Of a stretch of DNA of 64,000 nucleotides, positions 23,331 through 33,913 are shown piece after piece; position 1 is the stretch's first letter; each line of letters starts with the position of its first letter. A program made the translations under genes and the position numbers. Where the stretch lies: the NCBI GenBank assembly GCA_964035575.1, contig OZ037833.1, positions 1,860,001 through 1,924,000 of the forward strand, written 5' to 3'. This stretch comes from Rhynchopus sp. YZ270_cl-10 (lineage: Eukaryota). The notes beneath the pieces were generated by a model, which saw only the letters and a program-made list of their open reading frames with translations, searched no databases and had not been told where the DNA came from.

Positions 23331-26300
23331 TCAAATATCGGGTTTGAATGTCACTGTGTGTCTTGCCATGAGTTGTTCGAGCTTGTCGCGGTTGCCGAGG
23401 ACTGGCAGGCGTAGCGTTTCTGCGGCTGTTGCGAGGAGGTCCTGTGGGAAGGTGGAGAGGGCCTGCAGGCAGCCCATCTCGTGTGACCATGTGAGGAAGT
23501 CGTCTTGAGAGTCGGGGAGTACCGCGCCCAGCTCGGCCAGGGTCTCGCTTGTGAGCTTGTCCGAGAAGAGGAGGAGGAGCGGGTCCTGCCGGAGAGACGC
23601 CAGCAGCTCCTCGCTGCTGCCCATGTTCAGGTCTGCCAACACCGAGCTCAGCAACGGCGGTGCACCCGGCGCAACCTCCGCCTCCGCCAAGTAGCTGACC
23701 GTTGCATGCAGGCCCCAGTCGTAGATGACTCGTGTGAGGATGCTCACCGCCGTCCACTTATCCTTGACAGGGGGCGCCGCACCATTGTACATATGTGCGA
23801 GCATCTGCAAAATCGTATCCTTAGAGTGGCACAAAAAGTTGTTCAGAATAACGTGGCTCACATCCTCCTCATGGCGTGTGACCAAGGTAAGGTCCAAGAA
23901 GGGTAGCTTCACCCCGCTGATGACGCGCTGGTGTGTCCCCAGCATGTAGTCGCCCAGTGTCGTGACGTCGTCCTTACTCAGGAAGTGGGAGAAGGAGGCA
24001 GCGAAGACGGCAAGGGCCCTGCGGTTGTGTGTGAAGGGGATGGCGTGCTGTGTGATGGTGTCGAGAACGTTGACCTCGCTGTCGCTGACCTCGCTCTCCT
24101 CGTAGGCTTCCTTCTCGTGCATCGTGGCAAGGGTGTTGTCAAGCACCTCAGCGAGGAGCGGCATCTGGATGTCGTTGTCGTTCATGACACGTCGATAGCG
24201 GTCGCCCACCTTTTGCACGTGGTCCCGCCGCCTCTCCGCACGCAGCTCAAGCCGCTGTCGCGTTGCTGCGGCGCATGTCCGTCCTTTGTACCACCACAGG
24301 ATCTTCATGGCCGCAGCCTCCCGCAGCTCCAAAACCTGTTGGCACGTTTCCTCAGCCTCCCGCTCTGCATGGAGACGTCGCCGTACGTTGCGTGCAGCAG
24401 CAATGCGGAAGGCCTTCACCACCTTGCGTGCCGCACGGTTCAGCATCCCCTGCACGTCAAGCTCTCTGCACCGACGCAGGTACGTTGCGTGCCTGCGTGC
24501 TGCACTGCCACGCACAAAGGCCTGGATGCGGGTCACTGCGCAGTGGCGCTGCTCTTCCTCCCTGCGTAGAAGAAGGTCGGCCTGCACGCCTTCGCGCAAG
24601 CGGCGCACGTTGAGGCGCGCAAGCATCCCCCTCGCTGCCTTGCAGATCAGGATGTCTCTGCGCTGTGCACGCAGCTGCACTGCTTCTGTGTGGCGCAGGA
24701 GGAGCCCCTTCCGCACCTCCGCTGCACGTCCGATACGCTGCAGCGTCGCGAGGGCAGCTTCGTAATGCGCACATGCCACCGCCTCCTGCACACGCCGTGC
24801 ACGGTACCGCTTTGCTGCATCGACACGAGCATCGCGGTGCAGGCCACGCACCTTGAGGGACACCCACTGCTGCCAGATGACCTGCACCGCCTTCTCCTTC
24901 GCACGCTGCACACGCTTCTCCCTGGCAGAGTTCTGTGCGACCTTGACCGTCCACCAGCTCTTCCAGCGTTGCTGCACACGGCGTGCTGCGTTGTGCCTGA
25001 GCGCCATGGTGGCCTGCCACTGCTCCTCCTTGACCCGCGCCTCCTCGGCCTCCCTCTGCGCCTCTCGCATTCGCTGCTCATGCAGAAGCAGTGCACGCCG
25101 CCGCAACTCCTCCACCTCGTTGATGACGTCCTCCTGCACACGGCTGCGCTCCCGCTCACCAGCATAGGCACGGAAGGTCTGCTGGATGGTGCGCGCCGCT
25201 GCATCCTGCCGTGCTGCGCTGGCAGGACCTCGCTGGACGTTCCTCTTCTCTGGCTTCACCGGCTGCACCTTCTCTTCCACAACACTCGGGGCGACACCCT
25301 GTGCACTCTGCGGCGAGGGTATGTCCTGCTCGAACAACCCATCTGCGTCTATTGGGGTGTCCGTCAACGCACCGCTTGCGGTGCTTTCTTGCCCTGTTCT
25401 GCCCTGCGAGGCTTCGGACACACTGTGGTCACTCTCTTCAGTATTCTCCTTGTCAACAACACTACCTTCCACCTCACTGCAGAGCGACGCAAACCCGGAC
25501 ATGGCGAGGGCATGCAGTTTGTCCTCCTTCACGGAGCTCTGTCTGCCGACTGTGTCGGGGGATCCGCATTGCAGGAGATGCGCAACGGAGAGCGCTTCGT
25601 CGGCAGGCGTCTCGACCTCGGGTGTGCTGAGGGCGAGCTCCTGGAGGTAGACGTCCTGGGCAGCTTGGGTGCGGCGATGCTTGGCGGTGCCTGCCGCACC
25701 GCCTGCAGAGGTGCCGAAGCAGAAGAGGAGTGGTGTCTGAAGGACCTCCGCTTTCAGGAATGTCTGCGCCGCTTTCTGTGCCTTGAGGTACTGCATATCC
25801 GCCTGAAGCGTCGCAACGTAGGGTTCACCACGGTACTTAAACGGCTCGACCACGTTGAGCCCCTTACGCCATGCCTGCAGCGCCTCAAGAAACTCCAACG
25901 TCGCTCGCCTCAACCCCTGCACACACCGCGTCAACGATGCAACGTATTTATCATGCTCCCGCCGCATCGTCCCCGGCTCTGCGTTCAACACCCTCTCACT
26001 GCACCGCTCCAGAACACCCCGCATCACCTCCATGCACGCCTCACGGTGTTCCAACAACGTAATGACCCGCATACTCAGGGTGTAAATGTTACTAAGTCGG
26101 CGGATTTCGTTGCGTGCGGATTCGTCTGATGCCCCAATAAGGAAGGTGCTTCTGGAGGAGGTGGGGACACACATTTCGTCCCAAAGCTCTGTCAAGGCGT
26201 GGTGGGTTGCGTCTTCCATCGGGGTACCGCCAGTATCAGGGACGGTGCTGGCGTACTGGGGGAGCAGTTCTGCCCAGATTCCCTGCATGCTTTGGGTGCG

Positions 26301-26468
26301 CTGAAGACGCTGGGTCTCGCCATCGGGGGGGGCTTGTTGTTGGTGTTGTTGTTGTTGTTGTGGTTGCGCAGGGGCGGTGGCTGCATGTCCCCTCGAACCC
26401 CCCTTCCGCACACTCCCCTTCTTCCGCGAATTCGCATGCCCAGAACTAATGTACTTCGCAGCACGCAT
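23331..26468 (-). CDS. IQ-motif-rich coiled-coil protein, 1045 aa
   Basis: Multiple IQ-like motifs (AARTIQQTFRAY, AVTRIQAFVRGSAARR, AARRVQQRWK); long intact ORF. Confidence 0.75.
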   Translation of the reverse strand: MRAAKYISSGHANSRKKGSVRKGGSRGHAATAPAQPQQQQQHQQQAPPDGETQRLQRTQSMQGIWAELLPQYASTVPDTGGTPMEDATHHALTELWDEMCVPTSSRSTFLIGASDESARNEIRRLSNIYTLSMRVITLLEHREACMEVMRGVLERCSERVLNAEPGTMRREHDKYVASLTRCVQGLRRATLEFLEALQAWRKGLNVVEPFKYRGEPYVATLQADMQYLKAQKAAQTFLKAEVLQTPLLFCFGTSAGGAAGTAKHRRTQAAQDVYLQELALSTPEVETPADEALSVAHLLQCGSPDTVGRQSSVKEDKLHALAMSGFASLCSEVEGSVVDKENTEESDHSVSEASQGRTGQESTASGALTDTPIDADGLFEQDIPSPQSAQGVAPSVVEEKVQPVKPEKRNVQRGPASAARQDAAARTIQQTFRAYAGERERSRVQEDVINEVEELRRRALLLHEQRMREAQREAEEARVKEEQWQATMALRHNAARRVQQRWKSWWTVKVAQNSAREKRVQRAKEKAVQVIWQQWVSLKVRGLHRDARVDAAKRYRARRVQEAVACAHYEAALATLQRIGRAAEVRKGLLLRHTEAVQLRAQRRDILICKAARGMLARLNVRRLREGVQADLLLRREEEQRHCAVTRIQAFVRGSAARRHATYLRRCRELDVQGMLNRAARKVVKAFRIAAARNVRRRLHAEREAEETCQQVLELREAAAMKILWWYKGRTCAAATRQRLELRAERRRDHVQKVGDRYRRVMNDNDIQMPLLAEVLDNTLATMHEKEAYEESEVSDSEVNVLDTITQHAIPFTHNRRALAVFAASFSHFLSKDDVTTLGDYMLGTHQRVISGVKLPFLDLTLVTRHEEDVSHVILNNFLCHSKDTILQMLAHMYNGAAPPVKDKWTAVSILTRVIYDWGLHATVSYLAEAEVAPGAPPLLSSVLADLNMGSSEELLASLRQDPLLLLFSDKLTSETLAELGAVLPDSQDDFLTWSHEMGCLQALSTFPQDLLATAAETLRLPVLGNRDKLEQLMARHTVTFKPDI

Positions 26469-26655
26469 CCTGCCCCCCCCCCCCCAACAGGGGGTTACGT
26501 ATCTACGGTCACGACACCTTTATTTTTTTTTTTCTCGACAACACCCCTTTTTTTTGTGTTGTCTGTGTTGTAGAGTTTTTTTGGGGGGAGAGAGTGTAAA
26601 ATTCACAAAAATAATATTTTCTTTTGAGCAGGATTTGTTAAAACCTTGGTAAATT

Positions 26656-27324
26656 TTAATTTTCTTCGTTCCTTCTTGCTGCCATCATATTCAGCATTGC
26701 GGTGCGTCTTAGTAGGGCTAGACCCTTTTTTGCTTCGACACCTTTTGCTTCTGTGCAGACAACATGACGGAGTTGGAGGTGTTCATGCGCAGCGTCTGTA
26801 AAGCGCTGCACACTTGCCTCTGTTAGAAATGTACAATTCGCGACGTCGATTACCTCCAATGCGGTTTCCCCAAGCAGACTGCATACCGCGTCGACTCCTG
26901 CATCGGTGATTGCGGTATGCGAGAGACAGATTGAGTTGGTTTGTCCATTTTTTCGCATATGGGTGATGAGAACTTCTAATAACTCATCATCTAGCCCTGA
27001 ATGGGACATATCAATATGTGGTACAACGTGATTCAGGGTAAGCCTCTTCAGAATTAAAAGATGTTTGGGGAGACTCCAAAACTCACCAAGCAGTTGGTTT
27101 GCATGGAGCTTCGCACTCTCTAAGGCCCAATCCTCTGCATTGCGGGCAACCACATTGCACGCAACATCCGAAGCAGCAGCACCCAAACTGTCACAATACT
27201 CTTTATCCTGCCATCGTCGCGCCCTCTGTATCTCCGCCACCTTCCCTCGCACGACCTCCTCCTCTGCCCGTTCCCATTCCGCCTTATACCACGCAAGCAC
27301 ATCCACTCGAGCTGCGCTCTTCAT
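26656..27324 (-). CDS. Small leucine-rich-repeat protein
   Basis: LRR-like IDMSHSGLDD, ICLSHTAITDAG, IDVANCTFLT; start codon uncertain. Confidence 0.6.
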   Translation of the reverse strand: MKSAARVDVLAWYKAEWERAEEEVVRGKVAEIQRARRWQDKEYCDSLGAAASDVACNVVARNAEDWALESAKLHANQLLGEFWSLPKHLLILKRLTLNHVVPHIDMSHSGLDDELLEVLITHMRKNGQTNSICLSHTAITDAGVDAVCSLLGETALEVIDVANCTFLTEASVQRFTDAAHEHLQLRHVVCTEAKGVEAKKGLALLRRTAMLNMMAARRNEEN

Positions 27325-27731
27325 TCAAAAGGTGTCCCCCTTTTGGTTGGTGCGGAAGTGTTTCTTTTGAATAGGAAAAAAAAGGGGGTGGGGTTGGGAG
27401 AAGGGGTGGTCAGTTTGTGTTTGTCAGAGGCGGCGAATACCACCTTAAGAACCGAGGTAGGTTCCCTCGAATGGGGTTTTTTTTGCTATTTTTTCCTCAC
27501 CCGGGACTAAAAACCGGGTGAGATTGGTGGCGCGCGATCTTTGTTCTAAAAATAAATGAAAAGTTTATAAGATGATCCTAAGCCTCTCGTGTTTAGTCAC
27601 CTTGAAATAAAAAAAATTGGAAATGCAAACGTCTCTGTGGATGCAAAAGAGAAGAGCAAACGCCTCACCGTTCATTGACGCAGGTACCGGTTTCCCGAAA
27701 AAAAATGTTTTTTTTTTTTGTTTTGGGGGGT

Positions 27732-29543
27732 TTACTTTCCTTTGAACGGGAGGAGTGTTACTTCCCCAGAAAAGTCGTTTTGTGCTGCCTTGAGATAGCT
27801 GTTGCAGCCGTAGCTCGTGAGGGAGAAGGTTTCGATGAGGTGTCCGCTGTGGAGGAGGCGGGAGACCACCCTTTCGGCTATGCCTGCGACGTCCGCTGCA
27901 CGGCCTTTCATGGGGGCGGGGGTGGTGCCGCGGATCTTCTTGCTTGCTTGGTTGTCGCTGCAGAGCGCCTCACACAGCTTGATTGCCGTGAGGTTCGGCT
28001 CTGTACATGCTGCCGCAATATGCACCAAATGCCTTGCCACCTCCGCATGGTCCACACCCGCCCTCGCTGTCGTACACAAATCGCAATGCTGTGCACAGTC
28101 ACTTTGCTGCCAGGTGTCCCCAAAATAGTCTGCCATAGCTTTCCTACGACACTCTTGCTTCGGTGGGTCCATGTAGAGTGCAAGCTCGTACAGTTTTTTT
28201 AGATTGTTTTCACGATTAGGATTTTCCGCGAGAAGGCAAGAAAGCCGGGTAACATCGGCAGGACGGTAGAGAACGACGGATTCTGCGACGTCGCCGTCAC
28301 GCCCTGCGCGGCCGGACTCTTGGTAGTAGGATTCGATACTCTTAGGGAGTGAGTGGTGCACCACGAAACGGACACCTTGTTTGTCAATTCCCATGCCAAA
28401 TGCGACGGTTGCGACCATAACCTGGGTGGTCCCTTCGAACCATGAAGAATACGCAGCGGATCTGTCCTCATGAGGCATCTGTCCATGATACCCTACAGCG
28501 CTTCCCCCGAGCGCCTGAAACGACGCCACAAGCTTCTCAACATCCCGGCACGACAAGCAGTACACAATCCCACACCGCCCCCGCCACCGCCCCGTACAGT
28601 ACTTCAGCAGCCACACCACGCATTCCTCCTCCTCCTGTTTTATCGCCTTTCCGGTCATATCCTTTTCGACCAACACCTTCCGATTTTTCTTTTCGAGAAT
28701 GCAATACCGGATGTTTGCTCTATTATAATTCCCTTTTAGGAGAAGAGTGTTTTTCATGCAGAGTGTAGTGGTCACATCACGGGAGCATGCAGCAGTTGCA
28801 GTGGCGGTTAGACAAAGAATAGGAACGGATGGGAAATTCTGCCTGAGAAGCGAAAGCTTCATGTAGTCCGGACGGAAGTCATGTCCCCAGGTAGAACAAC
28901 AATGTGCCTCATCTATGACGAACATCTTCAAGCGTTGTGCAGTAGAGCATTTCTGAAGCTTCGCCAACAACGTCTTCGCCTTAACAAGAAACTCTGGTGT
29001 TGTGTACAAAATCTGCGGCACGCCTTCTCCCACCTCATTAAGGATCCTCCGTTTTTCTGCCGCAGAGGTCGCAGAACACAGCATTGCCGACGTTATCCCC
29101 ACATTCTGCAGAGATCGAACCTGGTCGCTCATTAAGGAAAGCAGCGGGGAGACCACCATCACCACCCCACCTTTATTCACCCTCTTCCAATGCAGTGCAG
29201 GCAGTTGAAAGACAAGAGATTTTCCAGCACCGGTAGGAAGAATGGTAAAAACATCGTTTCCAGAGAAGATTCCATTCACCGCTTCTCTTTGTAAAGGACG
29301 GAAGGAGGAATGTCCAAACACACGAAGCGTTTCCTCCACCCCCGCATCCCAGTCAAACCCGCTGTTCCACTCCCGGTCCAGAAGCTCCCTTTGTGTGTCC
29401 TCTTCGTTCTGCCCCTCCAACGCTGCCTTCTGTGCATGCAAGACACGGCGCCGCTCGCTTAACGTTGCGATCTCATCTTCTATGACTATAAGCTCTGCAT
29501 CAATACCGTCCATCTCTGCCACTCTCTTCCTCTTGCGAGACAT
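27732..29543 (-). CDS. RECQL: RecQ-family DNA helicase (RECQL1-like)
   Basis: FRPLQREA, PTGAGKS, IDEAHCCSTWGHDFRPDY, TATA, ATVAFGMGIDK, YYQESGRAGRDG, RQC Zn-binding CRR...CDLC; ATG 29543 follows a poly(Y)-CAG. Confidence 0.92.
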   Translation of the reverse strand: MSRKRKRVAEMDGIDAELIVIEDEIATLSERRRVLHAQKAALEGQNEEDTQRELLDREWNSGFDWDAGVEETLRVFGHSSFRPLQREAVNGIFSGNDVFTILPTGAGKSLVFQLPALHWKRVNKGGVVMVVSPLLSLMSDQVRSLQNVGITSAMLCSATSAAEKRRILNEVGEGVPQILYTTPEFLVKAKTLLAKLQKCSTAQRLKMFVIDEAHCCSTWGHDFRPDYMKLSLLRQNFPSVPILCLTATATAACSRDVTTTLCMKNTLLLKGNYNRANIRYCILEKKNRKVLVEKDMTGKAIKQEEEECVVWLLKYCTGRWRGRCGIVYCLSCRDVEKLVASFQALGGSAVGYHGQMPHEDRSAAYSSWFEGTTQVMVATVAFGMGIDKQGVRFVVHHSLPKSIESYYQESGRAGRDGDVAESVVLYRPADVTRLSCLLAENPNRENNLKKLYELALYMDPPKQECRRKAMADYFGDTWQQSDCAQHCDLCTTARAGVDHAEVARHLVHIAAACTEPNLTAIKLCEALCSDNQASKKIRGTTPAPMKGRAADVAGIAERVVSRLLHSGHLIETFSLTSYGCNSYLKAAQNDFSGEVTLLPFKGK

Positions 29544-30709
29544 CTTTTTTCTTCCCCCTGCAAGGAAGGATGACGGGGAATGAAAAGGATGAAGGGAAAG
29601 GGAGGGAGAGAGGGGGAGGGGGGATAAGAAGCACCTCAGAATTGGTGCCGAAAAAGCGGTACCATAGTCCGTCAAAACCCCATCGATGTTGAGGAGCGAA
29701 TCGGAGTGAAATCATATCATTGACATTCTGATCCGCTAAGGCCTGAATGTTTTTTTTTGTTGAAAACTTGGTTTGTATTAGTGTAGCCACCCTAGAGTGT
29801 ACTCCACTATATTTTTTTTTTTTGAAAAGAAAACCCTTTTGGGATACAACAACTTCATCTAGTGGGGAGTCTGATACAAAAAGAGGGGGAAAGGCAACGT
29901 TGTTGGTTCTATTTGAGAGGGGGAATGTGGATAAGGGGTGAGGTCGTTAAGGAAACGAATTCCTCTGTAGGGAGATAAGACGGGGAAGAGAGAAAAATAA
30001 AAAAGAAAAGTTGTGCAAAAACGCCTCACCGTTCAATCGGCGGACGCAGGGCATTGGTTCTAAAAAAAGAATAGGTTGGTACATGATGACCCTAAGCTTG
30101 TTTCGTTGTGTTAGTCTGAATAGGTTACTTAATGTTTTGAACATTAATTTTCGTTGTGCTTAGTCACCTAGAAGTTCGGCTAACCTTTTTAAAAAAAGCT
30201 ATCTAAATTTAGCCAATGTCCAAATATCTCTTTAGAAATAGAACACTAAAAGAAGAAGAGAGATTTTGTAAAGTACTCTTTTGCAGTAAGCCTCTCTCAG
30301 TCACCTTTCAAAAAAAAGAAAAAGGTGACTTTGATCTGCAAAACGCCTCTGGGACGCAGGAACTGACAGTACCGCAGTTGGATAATTGACCCACTACTGA
30401 ACTCTGTTTATTTTTTTTTTTTTTTTGGGGATATTTTGAATAAGCGAAATGTGACTGAACGCTAAAACACTTTTGAGGGGGGGAGGGGGTAAAATAAAAG
30501 AGAGAGAAAAAGTAAAGAGGGGCTGATCCCGCAGACACAGAAAGGGAGAACCTGTGGAAAATGCCGCAGCTTTCCTATTCTAATGGAATGGGGGGTTCCC
30601 TCATACAGGTATCTAGGAATGGACATAATGGATATATTGTTTTCTTCTTGTGGATTATGGGGGGTGCAGAGACCCTCCTACTGTTTGTTTTGTTTTGCTT
30701 TGTTTTTAG

Positions 30710-30771
30710 ATAAATTATCGGAGTAGTGTAGTTGCCCCGGGTTGTGTTGCCACAGTTGTGCAACCTCTACT
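30710..30771. repeat. Dispersed motif family D
   Basis: GATAAATT..GTAGTGTAGTTG..CGGTTGTGTTGCCACAG.TGTGCAA.CTC.ACT shared with 47456-47518; shorter inverted match at 63950-63978. Confidence 0.75.
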
Positions 30772-31025
30772 CCCGTTTTTTTATTTTGGTGACCCATGGT
30801 GGCGTATCTTCTGGTAGTTTGAAGTGTTCCTCGTTGGAATGTCATTTTTTTTATTTAGGTCAGGTCCAATCAAAACATCGCAGAATTCTTTTGAATTCAA
30901 AAAATAAAATAACATCTAAAAAAAGAACTGATGGGGATGGAGAAAATGGAACGGGAATGGAGGGGAAAATCTAACGGATGGGTTTTTGTTGTTGTTTTTG
31001 TTTGCTGTTTTTCGTCAAATCCTAC

Positions 31026-33200
31026 CTACTTCTTCTGTGCAAACTCGTGGGCAATCATTGAGAACATGTTCACAACTGCGTCGGCTTTGTTCTTCTTCTT
31101 CTTCACCTGTATTTTTGTTTTATTTTTGATTCTGATTTTGATAAACCATTCCATTTTTTTGCCATTATTTAAAACATAAAACCATACCTTCTTTTTGAGA
31201 ACATCAAACCCTTTAGTGACAAGGGTTTGTATCGTTTCGTTCATTTGCTGCATCAGGTGGTCGTTGTTGGACATCACCTCGGAGTTGTCCTGGTCCAGCT
31301 GCTGAAGCTCCTGGCGGACGAGCTTGCGCTTGTGGAGGAAGGCAGTGTGGGCGGTCTGGACGCTCTTGGTAAGCGCCTTCTCGCCGCCTTGCATGTCCTT
31401 GAGCTGCCTGTCTGCAGAGCCGAGGTTCTCCTTCATGCTCTGGAGCGACTGGAAGAACTCCTCCCTCGGGGTGTCGATGCGCGTTCTCTTCGTCTCGTTG
31501 ACAACGTGCTGGACGTCGTTCATCATCTCCTTCAGCTCGTCCGTGGGGTCCGTCTTCTGGTCCTTTGCAATGCTTTCTGCGAAGTGCTGCTTCATCTTTT
31601 CGATTTCTTCTTCATCATCGCTTGACTCCTCGTCGTTCATCCAGTTAGACCCCATCAGCAATGACTCAGGGGCTTCCCACTTTGTTGATGGTTCTCTCAT
31701 ATTCGGTGCGGTGCGTTCCATATCTTTGGTAGGGGTGCTGCCAATGCGTAGGCTCTGTGGGAGCAGGGTCAGCTCCTCACGCTTCCGCCGCTTCTTCGGC
31801 GGTTCCTCTGCAGAAGAGGTCTCCATGTCGGAGAAGAGCGACAGCTGCGGGAAGGTGCGTTTCGTCGCTGTAATGGGGGAGGACTTCACCCGAGGCTCGG
31901 ACCGTCCGAGGAGCAGGTTCTTTGCGGCCTGGCTGCGTGCACGCGATATGGAGGCTGGGGGAAGTGGAGGGCTGCTTGGGGGTGCGAGCGATTTCGACTT
32001 TGCCTTGACATTGGTGGCCGTGGACTTGCCGCGTCTGGGTGCTTCAGGTTCGTCCTCAGGTTCGTCATCGTCAACCATCCCTCCAGTGTGCTCCGCAAGC
32101 TTTTTGTACCATACCCTACGCGCAGGAGAGTTCTTGCACATAATGGCCACCTCGCAGCCACTCACGGTGATAACAATCTTGCTCCCAGAGCTCTTGATGT
32201 CCTTGAAGTCGTCGTAGCTAAGGTCGATCCACGCACCCACATCGGTGCCAGCAGGGTTAAAGGTCATCGAAGTGGTGTGGAGGTAGATTGTTGTGTCGTT
32301 GTACTGTGTGCCTTCGAAGGTGCACGCTGTGCAGTGCAGGACATGAAACTTCGGGGCAAGGCTGTTGTATGCAATCGCCCAGTTCACCGCCCCACTCTCC
32401 GTCTTCCCCGAATGGAGGAATTGGTTGTACAGATCCTCAGTGGGAATGTAGCTCCGGAATTTGGTGCGCGCATCCCGATCAATTCTTTTCGAGTCAGAGA
32501 CGTTCACAATGCATTTTCTGATGACAACAACAAGCGTTTCGAGCATGGGCAGGTCTGTCATCTGTGGCAGGAGCTCTACGATCTTCATGTGATCCAAAGA
32601 AAATTTGTTTTCCCCACACAGAGCGCCGGCGAGGAGCGCTTCCATTGCGACACGCCCTACTCTGACTGACATGATACCACTACCTTCTACCCCAAAACGC
32701 ACCAATGCCAGCAAATTTGCATGGATTTTGTCAAATGCTGTCGCAAATTCTGGTGTTTCAAGCTGCTCCGCAAGCACCCGCAGGACTGAGTAGACTGCGG
32801 TTAACGCGACATCGTCTTTTAGATTTTTTGCGAATTTTTTGCTGTTGAATTGTGTAAGCCATTTTGCGAAGGATGGCATGACGTTTGTTTCACAGACATC
32901 TGAGGCTTCAAAGAGAGCTAGAAGGCCATCACCGAGGCTAAGGAGAGGTTCCACCAGAGAGTAGCTTTCATCTGCAAGAACACGAGATACACGAGAGGAC
33001 CAGGCCTCAAGGAGCTCCGGCTGTGTAGCCAGTTCTGCTTGTAAGGCTTGCACCGGGTCGGTCTGCAATGCCGTCCGCAAATCCTCTGCACCCATCTGCA
33101 ACAATGCCCCCACCTTCTCCGCAGCAACCTGAGCAGGAGACATCTCAACGGTCTTCGTCGACTTCTTCCGAGTCCCCCCCTTCTTCGTCGACTTTCCCAT
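31026..33200 (-). CDS. SYCP2/Red1/KKT17-18-like protein (ARM-like, PH, disordered, coiled coil), paralog A
   Basis: Helical N-terminus, PH-like beta segment (NWAIAYN...KFHVLHC...WIDLSY), C-terminal coiled coil; in-frame intron 31107-31187; same architecture as paralog B. Confidence 0.55.
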   Translation of the reverse strand: MGKSTKKGGTRKKSTKTVEMSPAQVAAEKVGALLQMGAEDLRTALQTDPVQALQAELATQPELLEAWSSRVSRVLADESYSLVEPLLSLGDGLLALFEASDVCETNVMPSFAKWLTQFNSKKFAKNLKDDVALTAVYSVLRVLAEQLETPEFATAFDKIHANLLALVRFGVEGSGIMSVRVGRVAMEALLAGALCGENKFSLDHMKIVELLPQMTDLPMLETLVVVIRKCIVNVSDSKRIDRDARTKFRSYIPTEDLYNQFLHSGKTESGAVNWAIAYNSLAPKFHVLHCTACTFEGTQYNDTTIYLHTTSMTFNPAGTDVGAWIDLSYDDFKDIKSSGSKIVITVSGCEVAIMCKNSPARRVWYKKLAEHTGGMVDDDEPEDEPEAPRRGKSTATNVKAKSKSLAPPSSPPLPPASISRARSQAAKNLLLGRSEPRVKSSPITATKRTFPQLSLFSDMETSSAEEPPKKRRKREELTLLPQSLRIGSTPTKDMERTAPNMREPSTKWEAPESLLMGSNWMNDEESSDDEEEIEKMKQHFAESIAKDQKTDPTDELKEMMNDVQHVVNETKRTRIDTPREEFFQSLQSMKENLGSADRQLKDMQGGEKALTKSVQTAHTAFLHKRKLVRQELQQLDQDNSEVMSNNDHLMQQMNETIQTLVTKGFDVLKKKVWFYVLNNGKKMEWFIKIRIKNKTKIQVKKKKNKADAVVNMFSMIAHEFAQKK

Positions 33201-33841
33201 ATCTTTTAAAGGGGAAACCCCAGATTCTTTCTGTAGTTTTTGAGGAAGATAGAGAGAGAGAGAGAGAGAGAGCGGGGGGGTGGAGAAAGGGTTTAAAAAA
33301 AACGGTTGGAGTTGGATAATTTTTTGCTTTGGGTTTTTGTTTTTTTTTTGGGCTTTTATTTTGGTTGCAAAAATAATGGATGGGGGGGAAAATAGGGGTC
33401 GATAAAGAAAAAATTTCCCGGAGTGCAGAGAGATGCAAAAAAGAGAAAAAAAAGGGGGAAAAATCGAACCCGAAAAAATACTAAAGAAACAACGCTAATA
33501 TAAACACCTGGAGTTTGAAAAAAAAAAAGAGAAAAAAAAGAGAGGGTTTGAAATAGATCTAAAGAGAAGGGGTGTGTGGGGGGGAAAAGTATTTTCTGGG
33601 GAGAATGGATACGGTTGTACAGCGAAGAGATTTGAAGCACGCTACTATCTCTCTTTACTGCAAAGCCGACAAAAGAAGGAAGGGAAACGAAGAGGGGAAA
33701 AAAAAAAACTAAATACTAAAAGTAATTGTGGAAGCGAGAACGTTTTTTGTTGTGTCGACAATCACTTCGCTCCAAAAAAAAAACGGAACAAAGTTCTGTA
33801 CACAAAGTTTTTTTGTTGCTGTTGTTGGTATTGTTGTTTTT

Positions 33842-33866
33842 GTCGACAATCACCTACCGAAGTAGG
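33842..33866 (-). repeat. Dispersed motif family E (cUUCGg hairpin followed by a CAA-rich tail on the minus strand)
   Basis: Minus strand CCTAC-TTCG-GTAGG-TGATTGTCGAC-AAAAACAACAA...; related copies at 8505, 33754, 37747 and 63876. Confidence 0.55.
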
Positions 33867-33913
33867 GGGTCTGCACTCATTGTCGCCCAAGGGTTGAAAA
33901 AGACACAAAATGT

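Noticed and set aside
24690..26129. Long opposite-strand ORFs (e.g. 24690-26129, 18821-19840, 35162-36430, 16854-17843)
   Set aside because: Shadow frames opposite GC-rich real genes, with no recognisable motifs
30083..30119. ATGATGA...CTGA as a box C/D snoRNA
   Set aside because: Too short (<40 nt), on the non-coding strand, and part of repeat family B where the boxes are not conserved
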